Positions 37,909 to 48,387 of a stretch of DNA of 64,000 bases are shown here, piece by piece. The first letter of the stretch is position 1. The number at the start of each line of letters is the position of its first letter. The DNA comes from Bacillota bacterium (GTDB lineage: Bacteria > Bacillota > Clostridia > Christensenellales > SZUA-584), in contig JAEZHF010000051.1 in the NCBI GenBank assembly GCA_023416745.1, forward strand, positions 140 through 64,139, given 5' to 3'. Both the position numbers and the translations under genes were made by a program. The notes under the pieces are model-generated. The model had not been told where the DNA came from, ran no database searches, and saw only the letters and a program-made list of their open reading frames with translations.

Positions 37909-39048
37909 TTACTTCCTTGCGAACCTCCTGAGTTGTGTTACGGCACTTTTGAGCTGCTCGAGGCACACCGCCACCTCTTCAAATGTATTCAGCGCTGAAA
38001 AGCTTACTCTAACCGTACCTTCCGCATATGCGCGTCCGATGTTGCATTCGAGCAGTACGCGGCTGAGCTTTCCGCGTGAGCAAGCTGCTCCGGTGCCGAT
38101 GCAAATACCCTTCTCCCCCATAACCCGTGCCAGCACTTCGCCGCGTACACCCTCGAAGGATATGCTGACGATATGCGGCACGAACCGCTTTGGTGTGTTG
38201 ACAACGCAATCATCAAACTTTGCGACGCCTTCTATAAACTTTTCGCGCAGACGCTCAACCTGCATATTATTCTCCCCGAACCGGGCGATCTCCTCCAACG
38301 CTTCGCCAAATGCCATGATGCCGAGCGTATTTTCGGTGCCTGCACGCAACGAGAGCTCTTGACCACCACCCAAGTGTAACGGTTTAAGCGACACCTCCTG
38401 CCGTGTCAGCAAAGCGCCGGTGCCTTTCAGCGCATGTATCTTATGTGCGCTCACCGTGTAACAGTCGATATACCCCGCGCTCAGATCCACGTTCGTTTTC
38501 AGCAATGCCTGAACACCGTCCGCATGCACGATTGTGTCTGGATTCTTCGCTTTGACCGCCTTACCGATCGCGATGATATCATTCAGCGCGCCCGTCTCAT
38601 TGTTGACGTGCATCACGCTGACGAGGGCCGTATCCTCTGTCACTAGGGCGGCGACGTCGTCCGGGTTTATGTTAAAATCCTGCGGCTTCACATAATCGAT
38701 AAGAACACCACTCTGCTCCATATACCGGCAGGTTTCATACACACTGGGGTGTTCGATGGCGCTTGTGATCATATGCGAACCGCGTTTACCATATGATGAT
38801 AATACAAGGTTGTTCGCTTCCGTACCGCCGGACGTAAACACACAGCTGCCCTGCAGGTGAACAGCTGAAATGAGCTGCTGCCGTACATGCTTGATTTCTT
38901 TGAATACTGCTTCTGCCTGCCTGTACACCGCCGAAGGGTTGTGCCAAGACTGCTCCATATGCCTCTGCACCGCAGCTTTTGTGATCGGTTTGGTCGTTGC
39001 CGCGTTGTCAAGATAAATTTCCAAAAAGTTAGTGCCTCCCGCGTCCAA
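37909..39048 (-). CDS. cysteine desulfurase (NifS/IscS type); start codon uncertain (TTG at 39048 or 39021)
   Basis: IYLDNAATT, SAHK (PLP Lys) and GTGAACS (catalytic Cys). There is no in-frame ATG near the N-terminus. Confidence 0.85.
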   Translation of the reverse strand: MDAGGTNFLEIYLDNAATTKPITKAAVQRHMEQSWHNPSAVYRQAEAVFKEIKHVRQQLISAVHLQGSCVFTSGGTEANNLVLSSYGKRGSHMITSAIEHPSVYETCRYMEQSGVLIDYVKPQDFNINPDDVAALVTEDTALVSVMHVNNETGALNDIIAIGKAVKAKNPDTIVHADGVQALLKTNVDLSAGYIDCYTVSAHKIHALKGTGALLTRQEVSLKPLHLGGGQELSLRAGTENTLGIMAFGEALEEIARFGENNMQVERLREKFIEGVAKFDDCVVNTPKRFVPHIVSISFEGVRGEVLARVMGEKGICIGTGAACSRGKLSRVLLECNIGRAYAEGTVRVSFSALNTFEEVAVCLEQLKSAVTQLRRFARK

Positions 39049-39122
39049 ATCGGTTATAATAAGTTATCATAACACGGAATGCGCTTTACTTTAAACTTTT
39101 TTTGAAACTGTGGAGGGTCGTA

Positions 39123-41063
39123 ATGGAAAAGTGTCCTAAATGCGGCAATAAGTTGAGCAATATTGATGTTCTTTGCCCCAGATGCGGCGCTTTGGTCGAG
39201 GTGATACAGGTCAAAAGCAGCTTTACTCCTCCGCTTGGCAGTGCAGCTCCGCCTCCGAAAGCCGAACGTCCGAATTTGATCGTCTACAATGAGGATCTGC
39301 CCGGCGAAGGACTTTTTACGGAAACACCGGACGAAGAGCTTGAAGAGTTAATTGAAGAGAATTTTGTCCCGACAGCCGCGGCTGAGGACAACACCGATAT
39401 TTCCGCTTTTTCGCTGCCTGACTTTTCCGACCTCAAGCTGCCGGAGTTTGGAACGGATAAGGATTCGCCAGGCAATTCAGAGGACAATACTGTTGAACCG
39501 CAGACGGATACCCGAATGGCTCGCCGTGTTCGTGAGCGGCAGTGGCTGGAGCTTGAGGAAATGAACGCTGGTGCAGCCACACCCGAGGCTCAACTGCTCA
39601 AAGAGGCTGAGGAACTGACGTCACGTTCAGCGACCCGTGCGCGGTCTGATTATAATTCGGGGCGCAAATCGGTACTTCGTCCTGTTCCGGACGACACTGG
39701 ATTTTCGGATAGTATCAATGATACAGGCAGTCCCTTTGAGGACGAACCCCGTCGCTACCGTTCCCGAGACAAACGCTCTCCTGCTGTCTCAAAGAGTGCC
39801 AGCGTGAAAAAACTGCCTGCTCCTGCTATCATTTTGATCTGGGCGATGCTGGCGGCGGCTATTTTCCTTGGCTTCTTCTACCTGAACCGATTTGTTCAGA
39901 CCACATACGGCGGATATCCGGCTTTTATCAACGAAATCACCAATGGTAAAATTGTATTGGACGGCAGCTCCTCTCATGCCGGTTCCATTGACGTTACTGT
40001 AACCGAATCCAAAACGCAAAGCGGTGCACCCGCCCACACCTTCAACATGGCTGCTGATGGAGCAAAATCGGTCCGCGTGTCTCAGACCGGCGATGAATAT
40101 GAGATGGAGAATGGGACTGCAGTTTTTACTATTGCCGATGAAAGGATTGCTTTGGCACTCGGCGCTGTCACTTATGACAATACTGTTAAAGCTGAAAATC
40201 TGAACCTGGATGTCACGTTTGGCTCCTCAACACAGAAATATGTCATTGAGCCGTTTGATCTGTATTTGATACGCTCCGATTATTCGCGCGAGGCCCCTGC
40301 GCAGACCCATTCCTCTACGAATTCGGATGTTGTATCATTTTCTATAACTGTCGCGCCGGAATCCACCGTGTTCATTAACAATGTGAACTATACAAATAAA
40401 ATTTCTGACAATGGCAAGCTCAGCGCTGAACTAAAGCTGGAGTCCGACGGAGACAACATCTTCGTGATCGATGTAATCCAGCCGGGCCGACAGGCCGTCA
40501 AGGACAGCTTTACCATCACCCGGGAAGCCTCCCTGACGAAGCTTGAACCTACAGCAGAATACCAGCGCGTATACAGTGCAACCTTCGAGTGCCGTGGCAC
40601 GACGGAAGCGGGCGCAACACTCAGCGCCGAGCTTAACGGCAAGACTTTCGCAGGTTTGGTGTCCGAAAGCGGTGCTTTTTCTGCAGCTTGCACCATCTCG
40701 GAATTCGGCTTGTACACGGTCAGTCTTACGGCAGCTAGCCCGGATAAGGCCAACAGCGTCATTGATGTTTCCGTGGAGTATCTGCCGGAGTTCAGCGTCT
40801 TTGCTCCTCAGGCACAGAAAAAGACCGTTGCTGATGCCGTAAAAAACGCTGCCAAACTGACTGATGCCGACATCAAGGTTGCCGGAAAGCCGGAAAATCT
40901 TTCAACGGAGGAACTGGCTCAGAATTTCTCGTTAAAATCTGGTAGCAGTGAGCTCAAATGCTATTATTACGGCGATGCGCCCAAGCTCACCGCTGGCAAC
41001 GAATATACGTTTTATGGCAAGCTGGATGAGACCGGCCAGTTTTATGTGATGTTCGTTGAATAA
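39123..41063 (+). CDS. zinc-ribbon membrane protein of unknown function
   Basis: CPKCG...CPRCG ribbon, an acidic linker, one TM segment (AIILIWAMLAAAIFLGFFYL) and a large beta-rich ectodomain. GGAGGG SD. Confidence 0.5.
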   Translation: MEKCPKCGNKLSNIDVLCPRCGALVEVIQVKSSFTPPLGSAAPPPKAERPNLIVYNEDLPGEGLFTETPDEELEELIEENFVPTAAAEDNTDISAFSLPDFSDLKLPEFGTDKDSPGNSEDNTVEPQTDTRMARRVRERQWLELEEMNAGAATPEAQLLKEAEELTSRSATRARSDYNSGRKSVLRPVPDDTGFSDSINDTGSPFEDEPRRYRSRDKRSPAVSKSASVKKLPAPAIILIWAMLAAAIFLGFFYLNRFVQTTYGGYPAFINEITNGKIVLDGSSSHAGSIDVTVTESKTQSGAPAHTFNMAADGAKSVRVSQTGDEYEMENGTAVFTIADERIALALGAVTYDNTVKAENLNLDVTFGSSTQKYVIEPFDLYLIRSDYSREAPAQTHSSTNSDVVSFSITVAPESTVFINNVNYTNKISDNGKLSAELKLESDGDNIFVIDVIQPGRQAVKDSFTITREASLTKLEPTAEYQRVYSATFECRGTTEAGATLSAELNGKTFAGLVSESGAFSAACTISEFGLYTVSLTAASPDKANSVIDVSVEYLPEFSVFAPQAQKKTVADAVKNAAKLTDADIKVAGKPENLSTEELAQNFSLKSGSSELKCYYYGDAPKLTAGNEYTFYGKLDETGQFYVMFVE

Positions 41064-41072
41064 TGATGATGC

Positions 41073-41108
41073 AAAAAAGGCGCCTACTGCATAGCTTGGC
41101 GCCTTTTT
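41073..41108. terminator. bidirectional terminator between convergent genes (39123..41063 and clpX)
   Basis: AAAAAAGGCGCC-13 nt-GGCGCCTTTTT, with A/T runs on both sides. Confidence 0.8.
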
Positions 41109-41123
41109 GATTGAGTCTATTTG

Positions 41124-42410
41124 TTAAGCGAGGCCTTCCTTCTTAGCCTTGGGCAGCGCTTTCTGCTGCTTTGCGTCCTTTTCGCCAAGTATCAGCATCG
41201 GCACCTTGGAGCTCTTGACGGTGTCCTTCGTGATGACGCACTTCTTCACGTCGCCGCGGGAAGGCACTTCGTACATCACGTCCAGCATGATGGATTCCAG
41301 TATCGCCCGAAGACCGCGGGCGCCCGTCTTGCGCTCGATCGCGAGCTTCGCGATCTCCTTGAGTGCATCTTCCTCGAACTCAAGCTGAACGCCGTCCATC
41401 TCAAGGAGCTTAGAGAACTGCTTCACCAGCGCGTTCTTGGGCTGAGTCAGAATGTTGACCAGCGCGTCCTCTTCCAGCTGATGCAGCGTCACGATGATCG
41501 GTACGCGGCCCACGAATTCCGGGATAAGCCCGAACTTCAAGAGGTCTTCCGGTAAAATATTTTTGTACAGCTCGCCCAAGTCCTTCTTCTCGTTGGACAC
41601 AACCTCAGCGCCGAAGCCCATCGTCTTGCGCCCGATGCGCCGTTCGATGATCTTTTCCAAACCGCCAAAAGCACCGCCGCAAATAAACAGGATGTTGGTC
41701 GTATCAATCTGCAGAAACTCCTGATGCGGGTGCTTACGACCGCCCTGAGGCGGAACACTGGCCACCGTGCCTTCAATGATTTTGAGCAGTGCCTGCTGCA
41801 CCCCCTCGCCCGACACGTCCCGCGTGATGGATGGGTTGTCGCTCTTGCGCGCGATCTTGTCAATCTCATCGATGTAGATGATGCCGCGCTGCGCGCGCTC
41901 GATATCGTAATCTGACGCTTGTATCAGCTTCAAAAGGATGTTCTCCACATCCTCGCCCACATAGCCCGCTTCCGTCAGAGACGTTGCGTCAGCCATCGCA
42001 AACGGCACGTTGAGTATGCGCGCCAGCGTCTGCGCCAGCAGCGTTTTACCGCAGCCCGTGGGTCCCAGCATAACAATGTTGCTCTTTTGCAGTTCAACAT
42101 CGTCCGGCTTAACGTCGGAATTGATGCGCTTGTAGTGGTTGTATACCGCCACGGCCAGGTTTTTCTTGGCGTCTCCCTGACCGATCACATATTCATCCAG
42201 CGCCGCCACGATATCCGCCGGCTTGGGGATATCCCCCATGTCAAACGTCGAGGCGTCCTGATAGTCCTCTTCTATTATCTCTTTACAAAGCTCAATGCAT
42301 TCGTTGCAGATATACACCCCCGGCCCAGCCACAAGCCGCCTGACCTGTTCCTGAGCCTTGCCGCAGAACGAACACTTCAATTGTTTTTGGTCGTCCACAT
42401 AATTGGCCAT
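41124..42410 (-). CDS. clpX: ATP-dependent Clp protease ATP-binding subunit
   Basis: N-terminal zinc ribbon CSFCGK...CNEC, a Walker A motif GPTGCGKT, and a ClpX-like AAA+ domain. Confidence 0.95.
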   Translation of the reverse strand: MANYVDDQKQLKCSFCGKAQEQVRRLVAGPGVYICNECIELCKEIIEEDYQDASTFDMGDIPKPADIVAALDEYVIGQGDAKKNLAVAVYNHYKRINSDVKPDDVELQKSNIVMLGPTGCGKTLLAQTLARILNVPFAMADATSLTEAGYVGEDVENILLKLIQASDYDIERAQRGIIYIDEIDKIARKSDNPSITRDVSGEGVQQALLKIIEGTVASVPPQGGRKHPHQEFLQIDTTNILFICGGAFGGLEKIIERRIGRKTMGFGAEVVSNEKKDLGELYKNILPEDLLKFGLIPEFVGRVPIIVTLHQLEEDALVNILTQPKNALVKQFSKLLEMDGVQLEFEEDALKEIAKLAIERKTGARGLRAILESIMLDVMYEVPSRGDVKKCVITKDTVKSSKVPMLILGEKDAKQQKALPKAKKEGLA

Positions 42411-42425
42411 AGATTCACCTCGTTA

Positions 42426-43013
42426 CTATTTGCCTTTGGGCGGAATAATCTCATCGATGATCCCATATTTGAGCGCTTCTTCAGCGGTCATGTAGTTATC
42501 TCTTTCGGTATCCGCAGCCACCTTCTCCACCGGCTGACCTGTTCTTTCCGCCAGTATCGCGTTCATCTTATTCTTAGTCGCGATAATGTGTTCGGCATGA
42601 ATGGCGATATCTGTCGCCTGGCCCCGAGCACCGCCCGAAGGCTGGTGGATCATCACCTCACTATTGGGGAGACACTTTCTCTTCCCCTTGGTGCCCGCAG
42701 CCAGCAGGAACGCGCCCATGGAAGCTGCGAAACCGATGCATATGGTGCTGACATCGCACTGGATATACTGCATCGTATCAAATATCGCCATGCCAGCGGT
42801 CACACTGCCGCCGGGGCTGTTGATGTACAGGAAGATATCCTTATCCGGATCCTCCGCCACCAAAAATATCAGCTGCGCCACGACCAGATCGGCCATGGTG
42901 TCGTCTATCTCACCGGTGATGAACACAATTCGATCCTTGAGCAGCCGCGAGTAAATATCATAGCTGCGCTCGCCTTTGCTTGTCTGCTCGATGACAAATG
43001 GTACCAACGCCAT
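42426..43013 (-). CDS. clpP: ATP-dependent Clp protease proteolytic subunit
   Basis: 195 aa. Ser (AASMGA), His (MIHQP) and Asp of the triad are present. Confidence 0.95.
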   Translation of the reverse strand: MALVPFVIEQTSKGERSYDIYSRLLKDRIVFITGEIDDTMADLVVAQLIFLVAEDPDKDIFLYINSPGGSVTAGMAIFDTMQYIQCDVSTICIGFAASMGAFLLAAGTKGKRKCLPNSEVMIHQPSGGARGQATDIAIHAEHIIATKNKMNAILAERTGQPVEKVAADTERDNYMTAEEALKYGIIDEIIPPKGK

Positions 43014-43047
43014 AGTTTCCTCCTAATCCGTATATCACTATACTATT

Positions 43048-44385
43048 CTATTCGCCGGAAGTGTTTTCCTCCCCGGCGGCTTGCTTTTTGGCTTTTTTCT
43101 TGGGAGCGGAGAGCTTTGCGTTTTCCACCAGGAAAGTCACCGTATTATCATACGCGAGATTATCCTTGATATACGCGCGCTCTTCTTCGCTCAGTGCCTT
43201 GCTGTATTCCTCGATATCTTTCTTTGCGCGGTCTGCACGTTTTTTTATCTCTTCCTCAACCTGCTCGTCCGTCGCTTCGATGTTCTCAGCTTTCGTGATG
43301 GCTTCCACCACCAGCTGCGTTCTTACCGACTTTTCAGCGGATTCGCGGTATTGCGCCCGGATGTCTTCTATCTTTGTGCCCGTCATCTGCAGGTAGTCCT
43401 GCAGCTTGATGCCCTGATACATCATGCTGTATTCCAGCTGCCGCAGTTGATGGTCGATCTGGTTCTCGATCATGGGCTCAGGAATATCGATCTCGGCGGA
43501 CTTGACTACTTCTTCCAGCACCGCGTTTTCGGTATCTTCCTTCGCATGCTCCTCAGCATGAGCCAGCAGCTTGGCACGCACGTCGGCTCTGTACTCGTCC
43601 ATAGAATCGAACTCGGATACGTCTTGTGCGAAATCGTCATCCAGCATCGGAAGCTCTTTCTGCTTCACGTCGTGCAGTACGATATGGAACACCGCTTCCT
43701 TGCCCGCGAGATGCTCTGCTCGATATTCCTCGGGGGATGTCACGGTGATATCCTTCTCCTCTTCCTTCTTCATACCGACGACCTGCTCTTCAAAGCCAGG
43801 GATGAACGTGTTTGAACCCAACTCTATAACCTGATTATCGGCAGTACCGCCGTCAAACTTAACTCCATCCACGCTGCCGGAGTAGTCGATGACGACCTTA
43901 TCACCGTTTAGCGCCTCGCGGTCCACATCAACCCATCTGGAATTTCGCTCTGCCGCTTTCTTGAGCTCAGCTTCCACCTGTTCGTCGGTCACTTCGGCTT
44001 TTTTCTCCTCCGCCTTGACGCCCTTGTATTCGCCCAGTTTGACTTCGGGCTTCACAAATACTTCCGCCGTATAGACGACGCCCTCTTCCTTGCTAATCTT
44101 CTCAAGGTCGATCTCTGGGCGGGAAACCGGCACGATGCCCGTTTCGTCAACAGCTTTGGAATAGCTGTCCGGAAAAGCTATTTCAAAAGCATCCTCAAAG
44201 AAAATACCTTCACCATAATTTCTCTCTATAATCGGCCGCGGCACTTTGCCCTTGCGGAATCCCTGAACGGCAAATTTGCCTTTATTTTTCATATATGCTT
44301 GCTGCAGCGCCGCCGCAAAATCCTCCGCTGAAACCTCAATCGTCAGTTTTACTTTGTTTGCGCCTGCGCTCTCCACCTTCGCCAA
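43048..44385 (-). CDS. tig: trigger factor (TTG start)
   Basis: Canonical N-terminus AKVESAGANKVKLTIEV begins at a TTG 9 nt after GAGGAGG. The 73 aa upstream in the ORF track are AT-rich junk. Confidence 0.85.
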   Translation of the reverse strand: MAKVESAGANKVKLTIEVSAEDFAAALQQAYMKNKGKFAVQGFRKGKVPRPIIERNYGEGIFFEDAFEIAFPDSYSKAVDETGIVPVSRPEIDLEKISKEEGVVYTAEVFVKPEVKLGEYKGVKAEEKKAEVTDEQVEAELKKAAERNSRWVDVDREALNGDKVVIDYSGSVDGVKFDGGTADNQVIELGSNTFIPGFEEQVVGMKKEEEKDITVTSPEEYRAEHLAGKEAVFHIVLHDVKQKELPMLDDDFAQDVSEFDSMDEYRADVRAKLLAHAEEHAKEDTENAVLEEVVKSAEIDIPEPMIENQIDHQLRQLEYSMMYQGIKLQDYLQMTGTKIEDIRAQYRESAEKSVRTQLVVEAITKAENIEATDEQVEEEIKKRADRAKKDIEEYSKALSEEERAYIKDNLAYDNTVTFLVENAKLSAPKKKAKKQAAGEENTSGE

Positions 44386-44588
44386 TGTACATGTCCTCCT
44401 CGTCAAAATAACAGGCGGCACTGCCGCCATAGTAAAAAATATCGCTCTATATAGTAACATATATGCATTTTCAATGCAATCGAAAAAAACATATTGTTCA
44501 TTGAAATTTGCAAAATATATCATTATAATCTTATTAAGCTTTTTTGCGTGGGGCTGAAATCCATAATATATATTATGAAAACAGGGTA

Positions 44589-44617
44589 TTGTATATTTAT
44601 ACATTGTATTGTATAAT
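44589..44617 (+). promoter_or_regulatory. argG promoter with overlapping palindromic operator candidate
   Basis: TTGTAT-17 nt-TATAAT. The 14-bp palindrome TGTATATTTATACA (44590..44603) covers the -35, and the TTGTAT motif recurs three times. Confidence 0.5.
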
Positions 44618-44649
44618 TATAAACATCAATTTTTGTGAGGTTAATGCAG

Positions 44650-45861
44650 ATGGAGAAATTAAAAGTGCTGCTGGCCTATTCTGGCGGGCTCGATACCTCG
44701 GTGATCATACCGTGGCTCAAGGAAAACTATGATTGTGAAGTAATCGCGATGGCCGCCGATGTGGGCCAGGGCGAGGAACTGGAACCCCTCCATGAAAAGG
44801 CTATTCAGAGCGGCGCAAGCAAATTATACATTGAGGATTTGAAGGACGAGTTCGTCACTGACTTCATATACCCCACGCTTAAAGCGGGCGCGGTTTACGA
44901 AAGCAAATACCTTCTCGGAACGTCGATGGCACGGCCCATCATTGCCAAGCGTCTGGTGGAGGTTGCCAAGAAGGAAGGCTGCACCGCCATCTGCCATGGC
45001 GCCACAGGTAAGGGCAACGATCAGGTACGCTTCGAACTGACGATCAAGGCACTTGCGCCCGAGATGAAGATCATCGCCCCTTGGCGCATTTGGGACATCC
45101 GGTCGCGTGAGGACGCGATCGCCTATCTGGAAGAACGCAACCTTCCGCTTCCCGTATCAAAAAAACGGCCTTACAGTATGGACCGCAACCTGTGGCACTT
45201 AAGCCACGAGGGCAGCGATCTGGAAGACCCGTGGAACGAACCGCAGGATGAGCTTTATATGATCTGCAACCCGCCGGAAAAAGCGCCGGACGCTCCCGCC
45301 TATGTGACGGTCAGCTTCGATCAAGGTGTGCCGGTGTCGGTGGACGGCGAGGCTCTCTCCCCTGTCGCCATCATCGAGAAGCTCAACGAACTGGGTGCGC
45401 TGCACGGCGTGGGCATCGACGACATCGTGGAAAACCGCCTCGTCGGCATGAAGTGCCGCGGCGTTTATGAGACACCGGGCGGCACGATATTGTATGAGGC
45501 ACACCGGGCGCTGGAATCGCTCACCATAGACCGCGATACGCTTCACTACAAGCAGGGCGTGGCGATCAAGTTTGCCGAGATGGTCTACTACGGTCAATGG
45601 TATACCCCGCTTCGCGAGGCGTTATCCGCGTTCGTGGATTCCACGCAACAGACAGTGACAGGCGACGTGCGGATCAAGCTGTTCAAGGGCCGCTGTGTGG
45701 CCGCAGGCGTGCAGTCTCCCTACTCGCTGTACAGCGAAGCGTTCGCCACCTTCAGCCGTGATGAGGTGTACAACCAGAAGGATGCGGAAGGCTTCATCAA
45801 CCTGTTCGGCCTGCCGATCAAGGTAAAGGCGCTGCTCGACGCGCAGAGGGAACAAAAATGA
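44650..45861 (+). CDS. argG: argininosuccinate synthase
   Basis: [11 protein letters not shown]-loop. The ATG at 44644 is an alternative start. Confidence 0.9.
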   Translation: MEKLKVLLAYSGGLDTSVIIPWLKENYDCEVIAMAADVGQGEELEPLHEKAIQSGASKLYIEDLKDEFVTDFIYPTLKAGAVYESKYLLGTSMARPIIAKRLVEVAKKEGCTAICHGATGKGNDQVRFELTIKALAPEMKIIAPWRIWDIRSREDAIAYLEERNLPLPVSKKRPYSMDRNLWHLSHEGSDLEDPWNEPQDELYMICNPPEKAPDAPAYVTVSFDQGVPVSVDGEALSPVAIIEKLNELGALHGVGIDDIVENRLVGMKCRGVYETPGGTILYEAHRALESLTIDRDTLHYKQGVAIKFAEMVYYGQWYTPLREALSAFVDSTQQTVTGDVRIKLFKGRCVAAGVQSPYSLYSEAFATFSRDEVYNQKDAEGFINLFGLPIKVKALLDAQREQK

Positions 45862-47237
45862 GCAAGAAGATGTGGGGCGGGCGGTTTTCTTCGGAGACGG
45901 ACGCACTGGCCGCCGGCTTTCATTCATCCATTACCTTTGACAGCCGCCTGTACCGCGTCGACATACAGGGCAGTATTGCCCACGCCCGCATGTTGGGCAA
46001 AACGGGCATCATCCCGCAGGAGGATGCCGAGCAGATCATCTCGGGGCTGCAGGATATACTGGAGGACATTGACTCAGGGCTGATCGCATTCTCCGAGCAT
46101 GACGAGGACATCCACATGAACGTAGAACGGCTGCTAACGGAGCGTATCGGCGAGGCGGGCAAACGCCTGCACACCGGGCGCAGCCGCAACGACCAGGTGG
46201 CGTTGGATGTGCGCATGTTCCTGATCGAAACATCTGACGAGCTGACCGGTCTGTGCAAGGCGCTGATGAACGCGCTGTGCGACATCGCTTCTGACAACCT
46301 GCACACCATCATGCCGGCCTACACGCACCTGCAGAAGGCGCAGCCCACCACGCTGGCGCACTATATGATGGCGTATGCCGAGATGCTGCTACGCGACTGT
46401 GTCCGCTTCCAGAACGCACGCACTGCCGCCGACATGATGCCGCTGGGGTCTGGCGCTTTGTGCGCCGCCACCTATCCGCTGGACAGGCACATGGTGGCCA
46501 GCGAGCTGGGCTTTGCAGACATCACGCCCAACAGCATGGACGCCGTTTCCGACCGTGACTGCGTGCTGGACTTCATTTACGCCTGCTGCGTATGCGCGAT
46601 GCACCTTTCCCGCTTATCGGAAGAAATCGTGTTGTGGTCCACGGGCGAGTTCGCGTTCATCTCGCTCAGCGATGCGTACTCCACCGGCTCATCCATCATG
46701 CCGCAGAAGAAGAACCCGGACATGGCCGAGCTTATCCGCGGTAAAACAGGACGCGTTTATGGTGACCTGATGGCGTTGCTGACGGTGATGAAGGGTCTGC
46801 CGCTGGCATACAACAAGGACATGCAGGAGGACAAGGAGGCGCTGTTTGACGCCTACGATACGATGGCCGCCTGCCTGCCCGTGATGACAGGTATGCTGCG
46901 CACCGCCGAATGGTGCACGGACAACATGCGTATCGGAGCGGGGCGTGGTTTTACCAATGCGACGGACGCGGCGGATTATCTGGTTCGCAAGGGTCTCCCC
47001 TTCCGTGACGCGCACGAGGTAGTCGGACGGTTGGTGCTGCATTGCGAGCAGCACGGCAAGGCGCTCAGCGAGCTCTCACTTTTAGAGTTAAAGCAGATGT
47101 CGCCCCTGTTCTCTGAAGATGTTTATGAAGCGCTGTCCCTTGAGGCCTGCGTGAAACGCCGCGCAGTAACGGGCGGCCCCAGCGTCGCCAGCGTCCAAAA
47201 GCACATCGACCGCATACAGGAATTCATGATGCAGTAA
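45858..47237 (+). CDS. argH: argininosuccinate lyase
   Basis: Fumarate-lyase signature [12 protein letters not shown]. Four-nt overlap with argG. Confidence 0.9.
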   Translation: MSKKMWGGRFSSETDALAAGFHSSITFDSRLYRVDIQGSIAHARMLGKTGIIPQEDAEQIISGLQDILEDIDSGLIAFSEHDEDIHMNVERLLTERIGEAGKRLHTGRSRNDQVALDVRMFLIETSDELTGLCKALMNALCDIASDNLHTIMPAYTHLQKAQPTTLAHYMMAYAEMLLRDCVRFQNARTAADMMPLGSGALCAATYPLDRHMVASELGFADITPNSMDAVSDRDCVLDFIYACCVCAMHLSRLSEEIVLWSTGEFAFISLSDAYSTGSSIMPQKKNPDMAELIRGKTGRVYGDLMALLTVMKGLPLAYNKDMQEDKEALFDAYDTMAACLPVMTGMLRTAEWCTDNMRIGAGRGFTNATDAADYLVRKGLPFRDAHEVVGRLVLHCEQHGKALSELSLLELKQMSPLFSEDVYEALSLEACVKRRAVTGGPSVASVQKHIDRIQEFMMQ

Positions 47238-47260
47238 ATTTAGATTATTAATGATAGCCG

Positions 47261-47294
47261 ATTGCCGCGGAGAAAAAGATCTGCGGCAATTTTC
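47261..47294 (+). terminator. intrinsic terminator after argH
   Basis: ATTGCCGC-14 nt-GCGGCAAT followed by TTTTC. Confidence 0.6.
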
Positions 47295-47350
47295 ATATTG
47301 TGGTAATATGTACTGGTACTAACCGTTTCAAGATAGAAGGAGTATTGGAT

Positions 47351-47938
47351 ATGAAATACATTGTTCCCGTGATCCTTGTACTGTGTTTACTGATGATGAC
47401 CGGCTGTACCTTACATCCGGATGGTACTCCCGCTGTAACTGATACACCTTCCGTCAATGCGACACCACTCAGTACCCCGACGCCGACGATCGGACCGGAA
47501 CCTGCCGTCCAGCAGATAGAATACATGGCGCAGTACATCCGCAAGGGCAGCGGCGTGGACGGCGAGGAATATCCTTCAACACAGATGATACGTACACTGG
47601 ATGCAATGAGCGCTTATGACACGACTCTGGGATACGACGAAGCGTTCTTCAAGACGCATGTGTTGCTGGTCGTCCGGCTGATGGAATCCAGCGGATCGGT
47701 CAGCCATAATGTTGCCAGCGTAGCGAGCACCGGTAATGCGCTGAGCGTTTCCATCGTCCGTCTGCGTCCCGAAATCGGCACCGACGATATGGCAGCCTGG
47801 CATATACTGATAGAACTGCCCGCAAGTGTGCCTGATGATGTTAAGTTGGATCTGTCCGAGGTTTCGATGTCTCATAAAGAAGAAATTAAAAGGACGGATG
47901 ATGCCAAAAAGCCGGGAGACAAGAAAAAGGAATCCTGA
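47351..47938 (+). CDS. lipoprotein of unknown function
   Basis: Signal peptide with lipobox LMMTGC, an AAGGAG SD, a T/P-rich linker, then one globular domain and a K-rich tail. Confidence 0.55.
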   Translation: MKYIVPVILVLCLLMMTGCTLHPDGTPAVTDTPSVNATPLSTPTPTIGPEPAVQQIEYMAQYIRKGSGVDGEEYPSTQMIRTLDAMSAYDTTLGYDEAFFKTHVLLVVRLMESSGSVSHNVASVASTGNALSVSIVRLRPEIGTDDMAAWHILIELPASVPDDVKLDLSEVSMSHKEEIKRTDDAKKPGDKKKES

Positions 47939-47957
47939 CGGGTTCCCTTTCCCCTCA

Positions 47958-48368
47958 TCATTTAGGTGGGAGCTGTTTTTGAGATTTTTCTTGACAAATC
48001 AGGCAGAGTCCCCGGTGTACGCATATGAGACTTCCGCAGTCCGCGCAAGCCCACTTTTCGGCTTGTGCTTGTAGAAATGAGTCCATTCCATGAATACGGA
48101 TGGTGTCGAGATTTGCCAGCATGCTCATGCCGTACTTTGTTTTGTACCGTTTATCCAGCTGCTTAAGCCGTTGACAGTGCTTATCGCACGGACTGCAGTC
48201 TGCCCAGCCGTGTTCCATCCTGATCTGACAGGTTTTGATCATGCAACGGCGGCAGTATTCAAACGGGATATTGTCGCTGCGGCAGCCGTCGCAATGATTC
48301 TTATCCCGTTGATATGCATAACACAGGGCACAATTCATGCCGCAAGGGGCTATCATTAAAGCGTCCAT
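47958..48368 (-). CDS. Cys-rich protein, DUF3795-like
   Basis: APCGMNCALCYAY...CDGC... pattern recalled from the DUF3795 family. Confidence 0.5.
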   Translation of the reverse strand: MDALMIAPCGMNCALCYAYQRDKNHCDGCRSDNIPFEYCRRCMIKTCQIRMEHGWADCSPCDKHCQRLKQLDKRYKTKYGMSMLANLDTIRIHGMDSFLQAQAEKWACADCGSLICVHRGLCLICQEKSQKQLPPK

Positions 48369-48387
48369 ACCTGTCTCCCTTTAAAAT

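Noticed and set aside
41919-43169. 416-aa ORF on the plus strand spanning clpX, clpP and the tig 3' end.
   Set aside because: It is antisense to three highly conserved genes and crosses their intergenic gaps. This is a spurious open frame caused by codon bias.
44386-44604. 73-aa N-terminal extension of trigger factor in the ORF track. Analogous extensions occur on gpr, pyrB, pyrK, pyrD, pyrR, fprA, thiI, ruvC, rqcH, the SPOR protein and the lipoproteins.
   Set aside because: The extensions run through AT-rich promoter regions, overlap upstream genes or lack an SD. In each case an internal start with a good SD reproduces the canonical family N-terminus.
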